Positions 18,389-28,517 are shown, counted from the stretch's first letter. The stretch: 64,000 nucleotides of DNA from Vicinamibacteria bacterium (GCA_963555995.3 OY821641.1:3584001-3648000); one strand, 5' to 3'. Numbers and translations: made by a program. The notes: generated from the sequence alone by a model not told the origin.

Positions 18389-18607
18389 TCAGGCTGTCGG
18401 CTTCGGATCCTCGAGGATCTCCATGATCGTGTCGCGGGGGACATCGCCGGACTGCTGGCCCTGTCGAATGGCTTCGCCGAGCGCCATGTCCTCGATGACC
18501 TGAACCACCACTTCCGCGAGCAGTTCCCGCTGCTCCGAGAGGGTCTCGGCGAGCGCCTCCTTGCACACCTGTTTCAGTGCGGCGTCGGTGAGTGCTACGG
18601 GCGGCAT
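18389..18607 (-). CDS. Small acidic antitoxin-like protein upstream of the RelE remnant
   Basis: 72 aa, MPPVALTDAALKQVCKEALAETLSEQRELL...IEDMALGEAIRQG; GGAGA RBS; position typical of a RelE partner. Confidence 0.6.
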   Translation of the reverse strand: MPPVALTDAALKQVCKEALAETLSEQRELLAEVVVQVIEDMALGEAIRQGQQSGDVPRDTIMEILEDPKPTA

Positions 18608-18796
18608 CGTGGTGTTCTCCGTCCCCGCGGAGGGTTGTCGCCAGTGTACTGCGCGCGGCGTCGCGCGAGCCGGCGGCCTGGAGACCGGGCCATCCGCGGT
18701 GGCCTCGGCGGCCGTGGGTTGAGATTGTGCGGCCCCGTCCGGCAAGATGCAGAATCCGCTTCGGGTCCGGCGGATTGGGAGGAGAGGAGAAACCCC

Positions 18797-19168
18797 ATGA
18801 ACACTGCGGGAATCATCAAGGGCGGCCTGGTGGCCGGTCTGCTCATCAACGTCAGCGAGTTCGTGCTGAACGTCTTCGTCGTCCCCGTGCCCGAAGACGC
18901 GGGCGGCTCGATGGCCTTCTGGGTGGTGTACGCCTTCGTGCTCGGCATCGCGGTCGCGTACATGTACGCGGCGATGCGGCCCCGCTGCGGCGCGGGCCCA
19001 AAGAGCGCCGCCTGCGCCGGGATCACGGTCTGGGCGCTCCACACCCTGCTCCCGACGGCCGGCGCGGTCAACATGGGGATGATGGAACTCCCGATGGTCG
19101 GCCTCGTCTGGTCCCTCGCCGAGATGGCCCTCGCCGGCATCCTCGCCGGAATGCTCTACAGCGAATAG
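18797..19168 (+). CDS. Small integral membrane protein (about 4 TM), unknown function
   Basis: Strong RBS GGAGAGGAG, hydrophobic segments, GC-rich third codon positions. Confidence 0.7.
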   Translation: MNTAGIIKGGLVAGLLINVSEFVLNVFVVPVPEDAGGSMAFWVVYAFVLGIAVAYMYAAMRPRCGAGPKSAACAGITVWALHTLLPTAGAVNMGMMELPMVGLVWSLAEMALAGILAGMLYSE

Positions 19169-19174
19169 GGAGCC

Positions 19175-19337
19175 GGGAGCGCCGGTCTTCAGACCGGCAC
19201 GCGCTGCGCAAGCGCGCAGCGCACGGCACGACGCTGGCCGGCGCGGTGGCGCTCTGCTCCCGGTTCATCGCCAAAGGCAGCGACACGGCATCCGCGGGCC
19301 TTCGGCCCGCTGTGCCGCTCTGAAGAGCGGCGCTCCC
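19175..19337. mobile_element. REPIN/MITE-like element (opposite orientation to the 7521 and 11757 copies)
   Basis: GGGAGCGCCGGTCTTCAGACCGGCAC ... GTGCCGCTCTGAAGAGCGGCGCTCCC. Confidence 0.8.
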
Positions 19338-19491
19338 GGCCATCTTCGCTGTTTTCGTGCCCGGCGGGGTGTGCAGGAGGACCGATCATGAGGGTTTCGC
19401 GCTGCCGCGCGATGCCGGCCAGAGGCCGGCGCTCCGAGGCGGCGCCATCACGGCTGTTGGCCGATCCGCGGAACTGGCGGCAAAATGCCCG

Positions 19492-22400
19492 CTAACCCCC
19501 TCCCAGGACCTCGCGCGCCCGCCGGACCTGCTCCGCATCCCCCGCGCGGGTCGCGGCCTCGAGGAGCCCCCGGTAGGCGGTGAGGTTCGAGGGGTCGCGG
19601 TCCACCGCTTCCCGGTAGAGGCGCACCGCTTCGGGCGCATTCTCGGCCGCCGCTTCGAAGGCCGCGAAGTTGGCCCAGTGGAACGCGAGCCCCGGGCTCT
19701 CCCGGACGAGGGCGCCGAACGCTTCCCGGGCTGCCGCGGTGCGGCCGAGTTCCGCGAGCGCCACGGCGCGGACGCGGAGCGCCCGCACCGTGCCGGGCCG
19801 CTCGGACAGGATCGCCGCCGACCGCTCGGCGGCCTCTTCGAGCCTGCCGCGGCGGACGCTCAGCTCGGCGAGCCAGGCGGCGGCCTGCGCGTCCTGCGGG
19901 TCGGCCTGAAGGACCGCCAGCGCCAGCGCCTCGGCGGAGTCCGGGTCGCCGCGCTCGATCTGCACCTCGGCGGCGAGGAGCAGCGCGTCCCGGTCCGCGA
20001 CGAGCGCGGCGGGGCCGCGCTCCAGCACCGCCGCCGCCTCGTCGGGTTGCCGCGCGCCCAGCAGCAGCCGGGCGAGCGCGACGGTGAGCCCCGCCGCCGC
20101 TTCGCCGTCCGCGGGCACCGCGCCGAGCGCCATCCGGAGCGCCGCCGCACCGTCCTCGGCACGGCCGCTCGCCAGCGAGGCCCGGACGACGGCGTCCGCG
20201 GCGCCCGGTTCGTCGGGATCGAGCTCCAGTGCCTGCCGCGCCAGCTCCAGCGCCCAGTCCGGGTTCTGCGCCGCGAGCAGCGCGCCGGCGCGGCCCACGA
20301 GCGCGCCGGCGGCGGGCGGCGCCGCCGGTCCGAACGACCCGAAGCCCGGCTCGGCGGCAAGGCTCTCCAGCGCGCGGCGGTTCCGGAACGCGGTCGCCGC
20401 GTGGACCGAGAGAGGCGCCCGGAACTCGAGGATCGGATGGTCGTCCCGGTGGCGGGGCGCGGCGGCCGCCCAGTCGGCGAGCGACGGGGTCGTGGCGGTG
20501 AGCCAGCCGCGCAGCGCCGGGAAATCGGTGATCCCGTAGGGACCCAGCTCGTCGGCCAGCCGGACGATCCGCTCCTCGATCCGCGAATGCGGTACCGCGG
20601 GGAACGCGCCCTTCGACCCGATCAGCAGCGCGTCGCCGTCGTGCAGCACGAAGAGCGCGGTTTCGGGGAAGACGTCGGTGAACCCGCCCACCACCGTCCG
20701 CAGGTTCTCCTCGGCGAGGTTGTAGAGGTGGACCCACTGGCAGAAGAGGCCGCCGTCCGCGAGCCGGGAGCGCACCAGCTCGAAGAACTCGACGGTGAAC
20801 AGCGGCGAGACCCCGCTCATCCACGGGTTCGAGGGCTCGGAGATCACCACGTTCAGCGGGTCGTCCGAGAAGAGCAGGTGGTTCCGGGCGTCCACCTCCC
20901 GCAGGGTGAAGCGTCCGTCCGTCCACGGCGCGCCGTTACTCGCCTCGAAGAGTCGGGAGGCCCGCGCGACGGCGGGCGAGATCTCGGCGGCGGTCACCCG
21001 CTCCACGTCGTGCCGGAGCGCGGACCCGGCGGTCACCCCGCTACCGTGGCCCACGACGAACACCGACTCCGGCGCGGGATGGAGCAGCAGCGGCAGGTGC
21101 GCGAGCATCCGCTGGGTCAGCATGTCCGCCCCGTCGGTGGCGTCCACCTTGCCGTCAATCGCGAGCGACAGCTCGCCGGCCACCTCCTTCACGGAGACGG
21201 TCGCACCGGCGTCCTGCTCCAGGAAGCGCAGCCGCCCCCGCCGCAGGAAGTCCCGGTGGCGGGACGCCTCCAGTTGCGGCGCGGCCTTGTAGAGCCCCCC
21301 GGAGAGCGCCTCCCAGTCCCACGACCCGGTGGCGAAGACCCCGGCGGCGGCGAGCGCGCCCGCCGGCAGGAGCGCCGGCGCCCGCGGCGCGGCGACGAGC
21401 GCCGCCCCGAGCTGGGCGAGCACCGCGGCGAGGAGCGCCGCCTCGATCCCGAACCAGGGGATGACGAGGAAGCCCGCCGCCAGCGCGCCCGCGACGTTGC
21501 CGGCGGCGTTCGTCGCGTAGATCGTCCCGGTGGCGCGCCCGGCGTCCGCCGCCCCCTTCCGGGCCTCCGCCGCGCCCGCCACCGCCAGCGGGAAGGTCGC
21601 GCCGAAGGCGACCGCGGGCAGGAGCAGGACGGCCGCGGCGCCGAGGAACTGGAGGTCGAGCAGGCGCGGCGCGTCCGCCGCGTGGCGTGCCACGAGTTCG
21701 CCGACCGGGAGCGCGAGGCGGCTCCCCAGCCACGCCACCCCGGCGGAGGCGGCGGCGCCGCCGAGCTGGACGGCCGCGAGCCAGGCGCGCGCGCCCGCCC
21801 CTCGCGCCGCGAGCCGTCCGGCGGCGGCGCTGCCGAGGGCCACCCCCAGGATCACCGAGGCCACCACGCACGCGAAGGTGTAGATGGTGGGGCCGAAGAG
21901 CAACGCCGCGAGCCGCGCCCAGGCGACCTCGGCGCTCATCGCCGCGAACCCGGAGAGCGCCGCGATCCCGCCGAAAGGAAGCATCGCCCGGCCGCCGAAC
22001 CATGGCGTGCGTGCGGTCCTTGCGGGAGGCGCGGCCGGCGCGCGGCGGAAGGGGAGGAAGACCAGGGCGGCGGCTGCCAGGTTCGCCGCGATGCCGCAGA
22101 GCGACGACCCGGTCAGCCCCAGTTCGGGAAGCAGCAGCCGGGCCGCCGCGACGCTGCCGAGGAGCGCCCCGGCGGTGTTTGCGGCGTAGAGCCAGCCCGC
22201 CGCGCCCGCCTCCCCGCGGTCCCGGACGCGCCGGGCCAGCGCGGTCAGCGTCGGCAGGGTCGCGCCCATCAGGGTCGCCGCCGGGAGGAGGAAGAGCGCG
22301 GCGGCGGCTCCGGCGGGGAGCAGTGCGCCCTCGGGACCGGCGACGGCCCGGACGAACGGCAGGGCGCCGTCCAGGTAGAGGGGCAGGCCCGCCGCGAAAC

Positions 22401-22641
22401 CGGCGGCGCCCAGCTCCAGCAGGAGGAAGCGGCGGGCGAGGCGCGCGGTCCCGAGCCCGCCGCCCGAGCGTCCGGCGAGGAGCGCCCCGAGGCCGAGCCC
22501 GCCGAGGAACATGGCGAGCACCAGCGTCACCGCGGCGTTCGTGGTGCCGAGCACCACGGCGAAGCGCCGCACCCAAACGATCTGGTAGGTCAGCGACGCG
22601 AACCCGGACAGCAGGAGCGCGACCGGGAGCGGCGCGACCAC
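19492..22641 (-). CDS. Fused membrane domain / spermidine synthase-like protein with C-terminal TPRs
   Basis: LLSGFASLTYQIVW, LMGATLP, LYAANTAGA, IDGKVDA, VGHGSGVT, VISEPSNPW, GGLFCQW, TPR-like tail; start uncertain (up to 22728). Confidence 0.8.
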   Translation of the reverse strand: MVAPLPVALLLSGFASLTYQIVWVRRFAVVLGTTNAAVTLVLAMFLGGLGLGALLAGRSGGGLGTARLARRFLLLELGAAGFAAGLPLYLDGALPFVRAVAGPEGALLPAGAAAALFLLPAATLMGATLPTLTALARRVRDRGEAGAAGWLYAANTAGALLGSVAAARLLLPELGLTGSSLCGIAANLAAAALVFLPFRRAPAAPPARTARTPWFGGRAMLPFGGIAALSGFAAMSAEVAWARLAALLFGPTIYTFACVVASVILGVALGSAAAGRLAARGAGARAWLAAVQLGGAAASAGVAWLGSRLALPVGELVARHAADAPRLLDLQFLGAAAVLLLPAVAFGATFPLAVAGAAEARKGAADAGRATGTIYATNAAGNVAGALAAGFLVIPWFGIEAALLAAVLAQLGAALVAAPRAPALLPAGALAAAGVFATGSWDWEALSGGLYKAAPQLEASRHRDFLRRGRLRFLEQDAGATVSVKEVAGELSLAIDGKVDATDGADMLTQRMLAHLPLLLHPAPESVFVVGHGSGVTAGSALRHDVERVTAAEISPAVARASRLFEASNGAPWTDGRFTLREVDARNHLLFSDDPLNVVISEPSNPWMSGVSPLFTVEFFELVRSRLADGGLFCQWVHLYNLAEENLRTVVGGFTDVFPETALFVLHDGDALLIGSKGAFPAVPHSRIEERIVRLADELGPYGITDFPALRGWLTATTPSLADWAAAAPRHRDDHPILEFRAPLSVHAATAFRNRRALESLAAEPGFGSFGPAAPPAAGALVGRAGALLAAQNPDWALELARQALELDPDEPGAADAVVRASLASGRAEDGAAALRMALGAVPADGEAAAGLTVALARLLLGARQPDEAAAVLERGPAALVADRDALLLAAEVQIERGDPDSAEALALAVLQADPQDAQAAAWLAELSVRRGRLEEAAERSAAILSERPGTVRALRVRAVALAELGRTAAAREAFGALVRESPGLAFHWANFAAFEAAAENAPEAVRLYREAVDRDPSNLTAYRGLLEAATRAGDAEQVRRAREVLGGG

Positions 22642-22708
22642 GGCAACGCCGCCGGATGTCCCGCTGGTTCTCCGCCCCACGGAGGCCGAGCGACGAGTGC
22701 CCGTGGGC

Positions 22709-23200
22709 TCAGTCCTCCCGGTCCGCAAGGAGGACCCGGAGGGCGAAGTCGCGGAGGTCCGCCTCCGGAGCGTCTTGCAGGGCTCGGATGAGTTCCTCCG
22801 CCTGATCCACGCTCTCGCGTGCGTCGGACGCGTTGAAGGTCGCGGAAGGATCGTAGTCGGCGCGGTGTCGTTTTCTCTGCAACTCCGCGAAACCGCTCGC
22901 GAAGATCTGGATTGCCTCCGGGTATGGGGCGATGACCCGCGGGTTGATGCACCGGCGCTTGGCGCGCCCGTGTTGAAGCGACCGGTAAACGGATTGCCGC
23001 GTTGGGGGCCGCAGGGGAACGCCCCGGTTCACGGCGAGCCGGTCGGCGCACATCCGGGCGAGGCAGTGGAACATCGCGTAGTACGCCGTGCTTACCGCCC
23101 GGCGGGCCGAGGCGCTGTCCTGTTCGTCCCGAGCGGCTTCGAGCAGCAGGCGGGCCGCAGCGAGGAGCTCCTCGGCGCGGAGTCCGTCAGTCCCGGGCAT
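22709..23200 (-). CDS. HEPN domain protein
   Basis: RRAVSTAYYAMFH and RHRADY (R-x4-Y) motifs. Confidence 0.75.
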   Translation of the reverse strand: MPGTDGLRAEELLAAARLLLEAARDEQDSASARRAVSTAYYAMFHCLARMCADRLAVNRGVPLRPPTRQSVYRSLQHGRAKRRCINPRVIAPYPEAIQIFASGFAELQRKRHRADYDPSATFNASDARESVDQAEELIRALQDAPEADLRDFALRVLLADRED

Positions 23201-23474
23201 CGCTGGCGCGAAGAAACTCCGGATGCGGGAAACGGGTTTCGCCAATGGCCCAGAGGCGGTCCTGCATGTCCCTGATGAGTGGTACCGCCAAGCCCATCTT
23301 GCGACGGAGATCCTCGTCTTCCGGCCGGAAGAAGATCTCCACCACCAGGACCGGGTCACCGTCGTGATCGAGCTCGGGCCGGAGCCGGACGGCGGGAAAC
23401 TCGGTCCCCGGGAACCGGGAGCGCACTACCCGCGCCACCACATCCTCCAACTCGCGCCGCCGTTCCTCGGTCAT
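23187..23474 (-). CDS. Small protein coupled to the HEPN gene (possible degenerate MNT-like antitoxin)
   Basis: 95 aa, GGAGG RBS, overlaps the HEPN start; DHDGD acidic motif but no GS-x10-DxD. Confidence 0.55.
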   Translation of the reverse strand: MTEERRRELEDVVARVVRSRFPGTEFPAVRLRPELDHDGDPVLVVEIFFRPEDEDLRRKMGLAVPLIRDMQDRLWAIGETRFPHPEFLRASDARD

Positions 23475-23535
23475 CCGGAACCATCCTCCAATTCGGGATC
23501 GGCAGCTTAGCAGTCCGAAACGGCGCGCGGGCGCC

Positions 23536-24615
23536 TCAGCGCGCGCCGCCCGGGTCCGCGCCGCCGCCCGGCCGGTGGAGGTAGCCGCTCCGGGCGCGGA
23601 CGTTCGCTCCCTCCCGGTTCACCGTCACCCGCAGGCTCCGCCAGCCCGGAGGCTCGTTCGGGTCGGGCGCGAAGGCGAGCACGTAGCGGGACCGCATCTC
23701 CTCGAGGATCTCCCCGTAGGCGGCGAGCAGCCGCCCCTCGTCGCGGCTCTGGACCAGCCGGCCGCCGCTCAGTTCGGTGACGTGCCGGAGCAACTGGAGT
23801 TCCGAGGGGGCCCGCATCCCGGCGCGCGGCCGGCTGGCGCGGCGGGGGCCGTCGAGCAGCATCTCGAGTTCGTCGGTGGCGATCCCGCCGTTCATCCGCC
23901 GGATGCCGATGCGCCGGCGGCGGGCCACCGATGGCGGGACGTAGTCGTTGTTCCGGTAGCGGTACTGTCGGCGGGTGGTGCCGCGGGCGTCGGGGGGAAT
24001 TACCGTGTAGAGCAGCGCCTCGCTGCCCAGGAGCGCGGGCTCGACAAAGCCCTCCGGGGTCCAGCTCATGGTGTCGTCGCCGTCGGTGAAGACGATGACG
24101 ACGGTCCGGCCCGGTTCTCCCTCGACGAGCGCCGTGGAGAGCAGCAGCGCGTCCCAGAGCGCCGTCCCGCCGATGACGGCCTCTTCGGGGAACGGGTTCG
24201 GAGGGAGCTCGGAGCAGCCGGTGAAGTCATGGGTGAGTTCGGGCTGCGAGCTGAACGTCATCACCGCGCAGCGGTCGGTCCCCGCCAGTTGGCCGGAGAA
24301 CTGCCGGGCCGCCGACGCCAGCAGTTGCCGCCGTTCCCGCGTCACGCTCTCGCTCATGTCCATGACGAAGAGCACCGAGACCGGCAGGTCCTCCAGCGGC
24401 ACCAGCCGGACCTCCCGCGGCGCGCCTCCGTCCAGCAGGACGAAATCCGCCGCGCTCAGCCCCGCCAGCGGGCGGTTCCCCTCAGTGACCACCACGTCCA
24501 CGAGGACCTCTTCCACGGTCACCCGGAAACGGACCTGCGCGGGCGCGGCGATGGCCGGCAGGAGGAAGAAGCCGGCGGCGATCAGCAGTCGCCGCGTGAC
24601 GGAGTGCATCCTCAT
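23536..24615 (-). CDS. Exported VWA domain protein (acidobacterial VWFA-related type)
   Basis: ATGA overlap with the upstream gene; signal peptide; VLVDVVVT, MIDAS DMSES, TALWDAL, FTDGDD, YVLAF, VRARSGY. Confidence 0.85.
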   Translation of the reverse strand: MRMHSVTRRLLIAAGFFLLPAIAAPAQVRFRVTVEEVLVDVVVTEGNRPLAGLSAADFVLLDGGAPREVRLVPLEDLPVSVLFVMDMSESVTRERRQLLASAARQFSGQLAGTDRCAVMTFSSQPELTHDFTGCSELPPNPFPEEAVIGGTALWDALLLSTALVEGEPGRTVVIVFTDGDDTMSWTPEGFVEPALLGSEALLYTVIPPDARGTTRRQYRYRNNDYVPPSVARRRRIGIRRMNGGIATDELEMLLDGPRRASRPRAGMRAPSELQLLRHVTELSGGRLVQSRDEGRLLAAYGEILEEMRSRYVLAFAPDPNEPPGWRSLRVTVNREGANVRARSGYLHRPGGGADPGGAR

Positions 24616-25607
24616 TCCCGCGGCAACAGGACCAGCCCCCGGAGCAGGTCGAGGCGCCCGGTCTCGTCCGCGAGCGACTGCACGAGGAAGTGCCACCAGG
24701 TGTCCTGGCCGTTGGTCCCGGAAAGGAAGCTGCGGACGGCTTCGGCGGCGCGGCGACCGTCCCCGCGTGTCTGGCGGGCCGCGGCGAGTCCGGCGGCGGC
24801 GGATACGGAGCCGACGTGGATCGCCTGGGCCTGCTCGAAGGCGCCTTCCGCCTCCGCCGTCCGGTCGAGCCAGAGCAGGGTCTCGCCGCGCAGGAGCAGG
24901 GACACGTAGCGATGCCGGGCGCTCAGGTCGTTCCCGGCCTCGTCGAGCCGCTGGAGGGCTGCTTCCGGGTTGCCCTCGCGCAGCGTGAGATGGGCGATCC
25001 GCAGCCGGAGTTCCGCCGCGTCGCCGATGCCCTCGTCCACGAGGTCTCCGTATCGCTCCTGGGCCTGGTCGAGGAAGCGCTCGTCGTGGATCCCCCAGCC
25101 GATGAACTCGGCGAGGCGCGCGAGGCTGATGCGCACCACGGGGTGGTCCGCGTACTCCACCCGGAGGAACCGGGCGACCCGCACCGCGTCGTCGAGCCGC
25201 CCCTGGTCCACGTAGATCCCGAGCAGCCCCAGGTGGGCGTCGCGGGTCCAGGGGTCGCGCCGGGCGTCGCCGACCCGGTCCAGCAGACGCCGTCCGTGGC
25301 TCTCGTTCTTCTCGGGCTCGAGTTCGGCCGCCCACGCGAGATCGAAGTGGATCATGGCGCCGGCGAGCAGAGCGACGTCGGATCCGCCGCCGCTCCCGGG
25401 CAACGCATCGAAGTGCGCCGTGGCCTGATCGCGCAGCCGGTCGGCCGGGAAGGCCATGCTGGCGCGGAGCGCCGCCGCGAAGTCGCCGCTGCGGTACACG
25501 GCGAGCCGCGACGCGTAGGCGTCGAGGTTCCGCTGCTGCGCGTCCGCCCCGGCGGGGATCAGGCAGGCGAGGGCCGCCGAGGCCGCGAGGCTCGCGATGT
25601 TCCGCAT
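24612..25607 (-). CDS. Exported TPR-containing protein
   Basis: Signal peptide MRNIASLAASAALACLIPAGADA; helical TPR-like repeats; coupled to the VWA gene. Confidence 0.7.
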   Translation of the reverse strand: MRNIASLAASAALACLIPAGADAQQRNLDAYASRLAVYRSGDFAAALRASMAFPADRLRDQATAHFDALPGSGGGSDVALLAGAMIHFDLAWAAELEPEKNESHGRRLLDRVGDARRDPWTRDAHLGLLGIYVDQGRLDDAVRVARFLRVEYADHPVVRISLARLAEFIGWGIHDERFLDQAQERYGDLVDEGIGDAAELRLRIAHLTLREGNPEAALQRLDEAGNDLSARHRYVSLLLRGETLLWLDRTAEAEGAFEQAQAIHVGSVSAAAGLAAARQTRGDGRRAAEAVRSFLSGTNGQDTWWHFLVQSLADETGRLDLLRGLVLLPRE

Positions 25608-25734
25608 CCGATCTCCGATCGTTTCGCAAGCAAGGACGGAGCCATTCTCCCACCCGCACCGCTGGGTCGCGGTACCATCGCCTGTTGTCCCGGTTGCCGT
25701 TTCAACGGCCCTGGCCCGGGACCCAGGAGGCCCC

Positions 25735-27027
25735 ATGTCCCTCGAACATCGTTCCTTTCGCCTGGCCGGCGGAGTGCTGGCCGTGCTGGTCGCCGCCCTT
25801 GCCGCCGGTTGCGGCGGCGGCGCCGAAGAGCCCGCCCCGATGACCGAAGAAGAGCGCGTCGAGGCCGAGGCCCGCCGCATCCACGACGCGGTGATGACCC
25901 TCTGCACCCACATTGACATCCCCTTCACCTACGCGACCGAGGAGGTGGACCCCGGGAACGTCAACGAGGACTACCAGGTGGACTACCCCCGGATGCAGGA
26001 GGGCGGCCTCGACGCGGGGTTCTTCGTCGTCTATTTCGGCCAGCGGGAGCGGACCCCGGAGAACTACGAGGCGGCCCGGGAAGGGGCGATGACCAAGTTC
26101 GACGCCATCCACCGCGCCACCTCGATGCACGCGGACGTGATCGAACTCGCCTACAGCGCGGACGACGCAGAGCGCATCCACGCCGAGGGGAAGCTGGTCG
26201 CCATGATCGGCACCGAGAACGGCTTCGTGATCGGCAAGGACCTGTCGCTCATGGAGAGGTACCACGAGCTCGGCGCCCGCTACTTCGGCCTGGTCCACAA
26301 CGGACATAACGACATCTCCGATTCCTGCAATCCGCGGGAGGACCTCGGGGACGCCGAGGCGGAGCACGGCGGGCTCAGCGAGTTCGGCCGGGACGTGATC
26401 GCCGAGGCGAACCGGCTGGGCATCCTGGTGGACGTCTCGCACGCCTCCAAGGACGCCATCCTGCAGGCGGCGGAGGTCTCGGCCGCGCCGATCATCGCCT
26501 CGCACTCGAGCACCACGGCGGTCGCCGACGTCTCCCGGAACATGGACGACGAGCAGCTCCGCGCGCTCGCCGCAAACGGCGGGGTGATGCAGACGGTGGC
26601 GCTCCGCAGTTTCGTCAAGACCGACCCGCCCGAGAAGACCGCGGCCATCGCCGACGCCATGGCGGAGTTCGGCGTCTCCTCCTTCGGCGAGATCGGCACG
26701 CTGAGCGAGGAGGACCAGGAGGCCCTGCGGACCCGGCTGACGGACATCAGCGCCGAGTTCCCGGTCACCGTGGGTGACTTCGTGGACCACATTGACCACG
26801 CGGTCGAGGTGATGGGGATTGATCACGTCGGCATCTCGTCGGACTTCGACGGCGGCGGCGGGGTGGACGGCTGGGACGACGCGTCCGAGACCTTCAACGT
26901 GACCCTCGAACTCGTCAAGCGCGGTTACACCGAGGACCAGATCGCCCAGCTCTGGAGCGGGAACACCATGCGGATCCTGCGCGAGGCGGAGCGGATCGCG
27001 GCGGAGATGCAGGCCGAGGGTTCGTGA
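25735..27027 (+). CDS. Membrane (renal-type) dipeptidase, peptidase M19, lipoprotein
   Basis: AGGAGG RBS; LAAGC lipobox; THID, GTENG, VDVSH, IIASHS, HVGISSDFDGG. Confidence 0.9.
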   Translation: MSLEHRSFRLAGGVLAVLVAALAAGCGGGAEEPAPMTEEERVEAEARRIHDAVMTLCTHIDIPFTYATEEVDPGNVNEDYQVDYPRMQEGGLDAGFFVVYFGQRERTPENYEAAREGAMTKFDAIHRATSMHADVIELAYSADDAERIHAEGKLVAMIGTENGFVIGKDLSLMERYHELGARYFGLVHNGHNDISDSCNPREDLGDAEAEHGGLSEFGRDVIAEANRLGILVDVSHASKDAILQAAEVSAAPIIASHSSTTAVADVSRNMDDEQLRALAANGGVMQTVALRSFVKTDPPEKTAAIADAMAEFGVSSFGEIGTLSEEDQEALRTRLTDISAEFPVTVGDFVDHIDHAVEVMGIDHVGISSDFDGGGGVDGWDDASETFNVTLELVKRGYTEDQIAQLWSGNTMRILREAERIAAEMQAEGS

Positions 27028-28199
27028 GCAGGGAGCGCCGGTCTTCAGACCGGCACCGTCGCCCGCAGGGCGACGAACGCACTCCGCTATCCGCCCATAC
27101 AGCGCCGCGTTCCACCCAGTCCCCCGCGGAGTTCAACCAGGAGCTCCGCGCCTACGAACAGGTCGCGAAGCTCCAGCGCTACCGGCTCGCGGAGGACGCC
27201 GCGGAGGAGTTCGACGAGGACTTCGTCCTGCGGCCCTGCGATCTCTCGCTGCTGGACGCGCCGGGCGCCGCCGGCCGCGAACGGTTCATCCGCGACCTCG
27301 GCGAATCGCTTGAGGACACCGGCTTCGCCATCCTCACCGGCCACGGCGTGCCTCCGGCGCTCTACGCGGAGGCCCACCGCCGCACGCGGGAGTTCTTCGA
27401 GGCTCACCCGCTGGAAGTGAAGCAGCGCTACCGGGCGCGGCGGCAGGGGTCCGTGAACCAGGGCTACTTCCCGATGCGGGAGACCACGGTGATCCACCCG
27501 GACCTCGTGGAGGGCTGGGTCTTCTGCCGCCGCGCCTTCGATCTGGGCGAGAACCCGGAATGGGACGAGGCGCCGTTCTGGCCCTCACCGGGCTGGGAGG
27601 CCTTCTTCCGGCAGGTGGTGGTCGCCCACGAGCGGCTGATCCACCCGATCATGCGGTCCATCCTTGGCTACCTGGGCGAGGCCCCCACGCTCTTCGACGA
27701 CCGGCTCACCGCCACCAACTTCGGCTTCCGGCTGAACTACTACCCGCCGCTGACCGACGTTCCGGAAGGAACCACCGGCAGGATGCTCGGCCACGAGGAC
27801 GTGGACCTCTTCACCATCCTCCCCGCCGCCGAGACCGAGGGCCTGCAGCTTCTCCACCGCAAGACCATGAAGTGGGTGCGGGTCGCCGCGCCGCCGGGCG
27901 CCATCGTCCTGAACACCGGCGACTACATGCAGCGGATCACCAACAACCGGCTCCCCTCCACCACCCACCGGGTGAGCGCGCCCCGCGACCCGGAGCAGCG
28001 GCTCCGCCCCCGCACCTCCTTCCCCATGGCGATCTACGTCTGGGAGGACGAGATCCTCGAAGTCCTCCCCAACCAGGGCGCCCCGCTCTACCCCCCGGTC
28101 CGCGCCGAGGACTTCCACACCCGCATCACCAGCAAGTACTACGGCGACAGCTACCACACCACCGGCGAGGAAGGCCCCGTCTCCCACCGCACCCGGTAG
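27024..28199 (+). CDS. 2-oxoglutarate/Fe(II) oxygenase, isopenicillin N synthase family
   Basis: GTGA overlap; RLNYYPP, HEDVD (HxD), GLQL, STTHRV, RTS; REP at codons 3-11; start uncertain. Confidence 0.85.
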   Translation: MSRERRSSDRHRRPQGDERTPLSAHTAPRSTQSPAEFNQELRAYEQVAKLQRYRLAEDAAEEFDEDFVLRPCDLSLLDAPGAAGRERFIRDLGESLEDTGFAILTGHGVPPALYAEAHRRTREFFEAHPLEVKQRYRARRQGSVNQGYFPMRETTVIHPDLVEGWVFCRRAFDLGENPEWDEAPFWPSPGWEAFFRQVVVAHERLIHPIMRSILGYLGEAPTLFDDRLTATNFGFRLNYYPPLTDVPEGTTGRMLGHEDVDLFTILPAAETEGLQLLHRKTMKWVRVAAPPGAIVLNTGDYMQRITNNRLPSTTHRVSAPRDPEQRLRPRTSFPMAIYVWEDEILEVLPNQGAPLYPPVRAEDFHTRITSKYYGDSYHTTGEEGPVSHRTR

Positions 28200-28277
28200 C
28201 GCCCCGGGACCGCCGGCCAGTTGCCGTGAAAGTCGGTTCCGCGCGTTCTCCAACAGCCGTGATGGCACCACCGGCTT

Positions 28278-28479
28278 GGAACGCCGGCTTCAGCCGGCAC
28301 CCGCTGCGCGAAGCGCAGCGGAACGACGTACGGCTGCTGCCCGCGTGGTGCGTGGTCAGGCGAGGCGCCACCGAAAGAACGGGTCTCCGGCGTTTCCTGC
28401 ACTTCGTGCCATCCGGGCGGATGAGATCCTTCCCGCCGCCCGCCTTCGGCGGGCTGTGCCGGCTGAAGCCGGCGCTCCC
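28278..28479. mobile_element. Second REPIN subtype (short-stem REPs, different interior)
   Basis: GGAACGCCGGCTTCAGCCGGCAC ... GTGCCGGCTGAAGCCGGCGCTCCC; related right arms near 54940-54985 and 60577-60620. Confidence 0.7.
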
Positions 28480-28517
28480 AGCCGTTTCGCCGCTCTCCAT
28501 GACCGGCGGGTTGCGCA

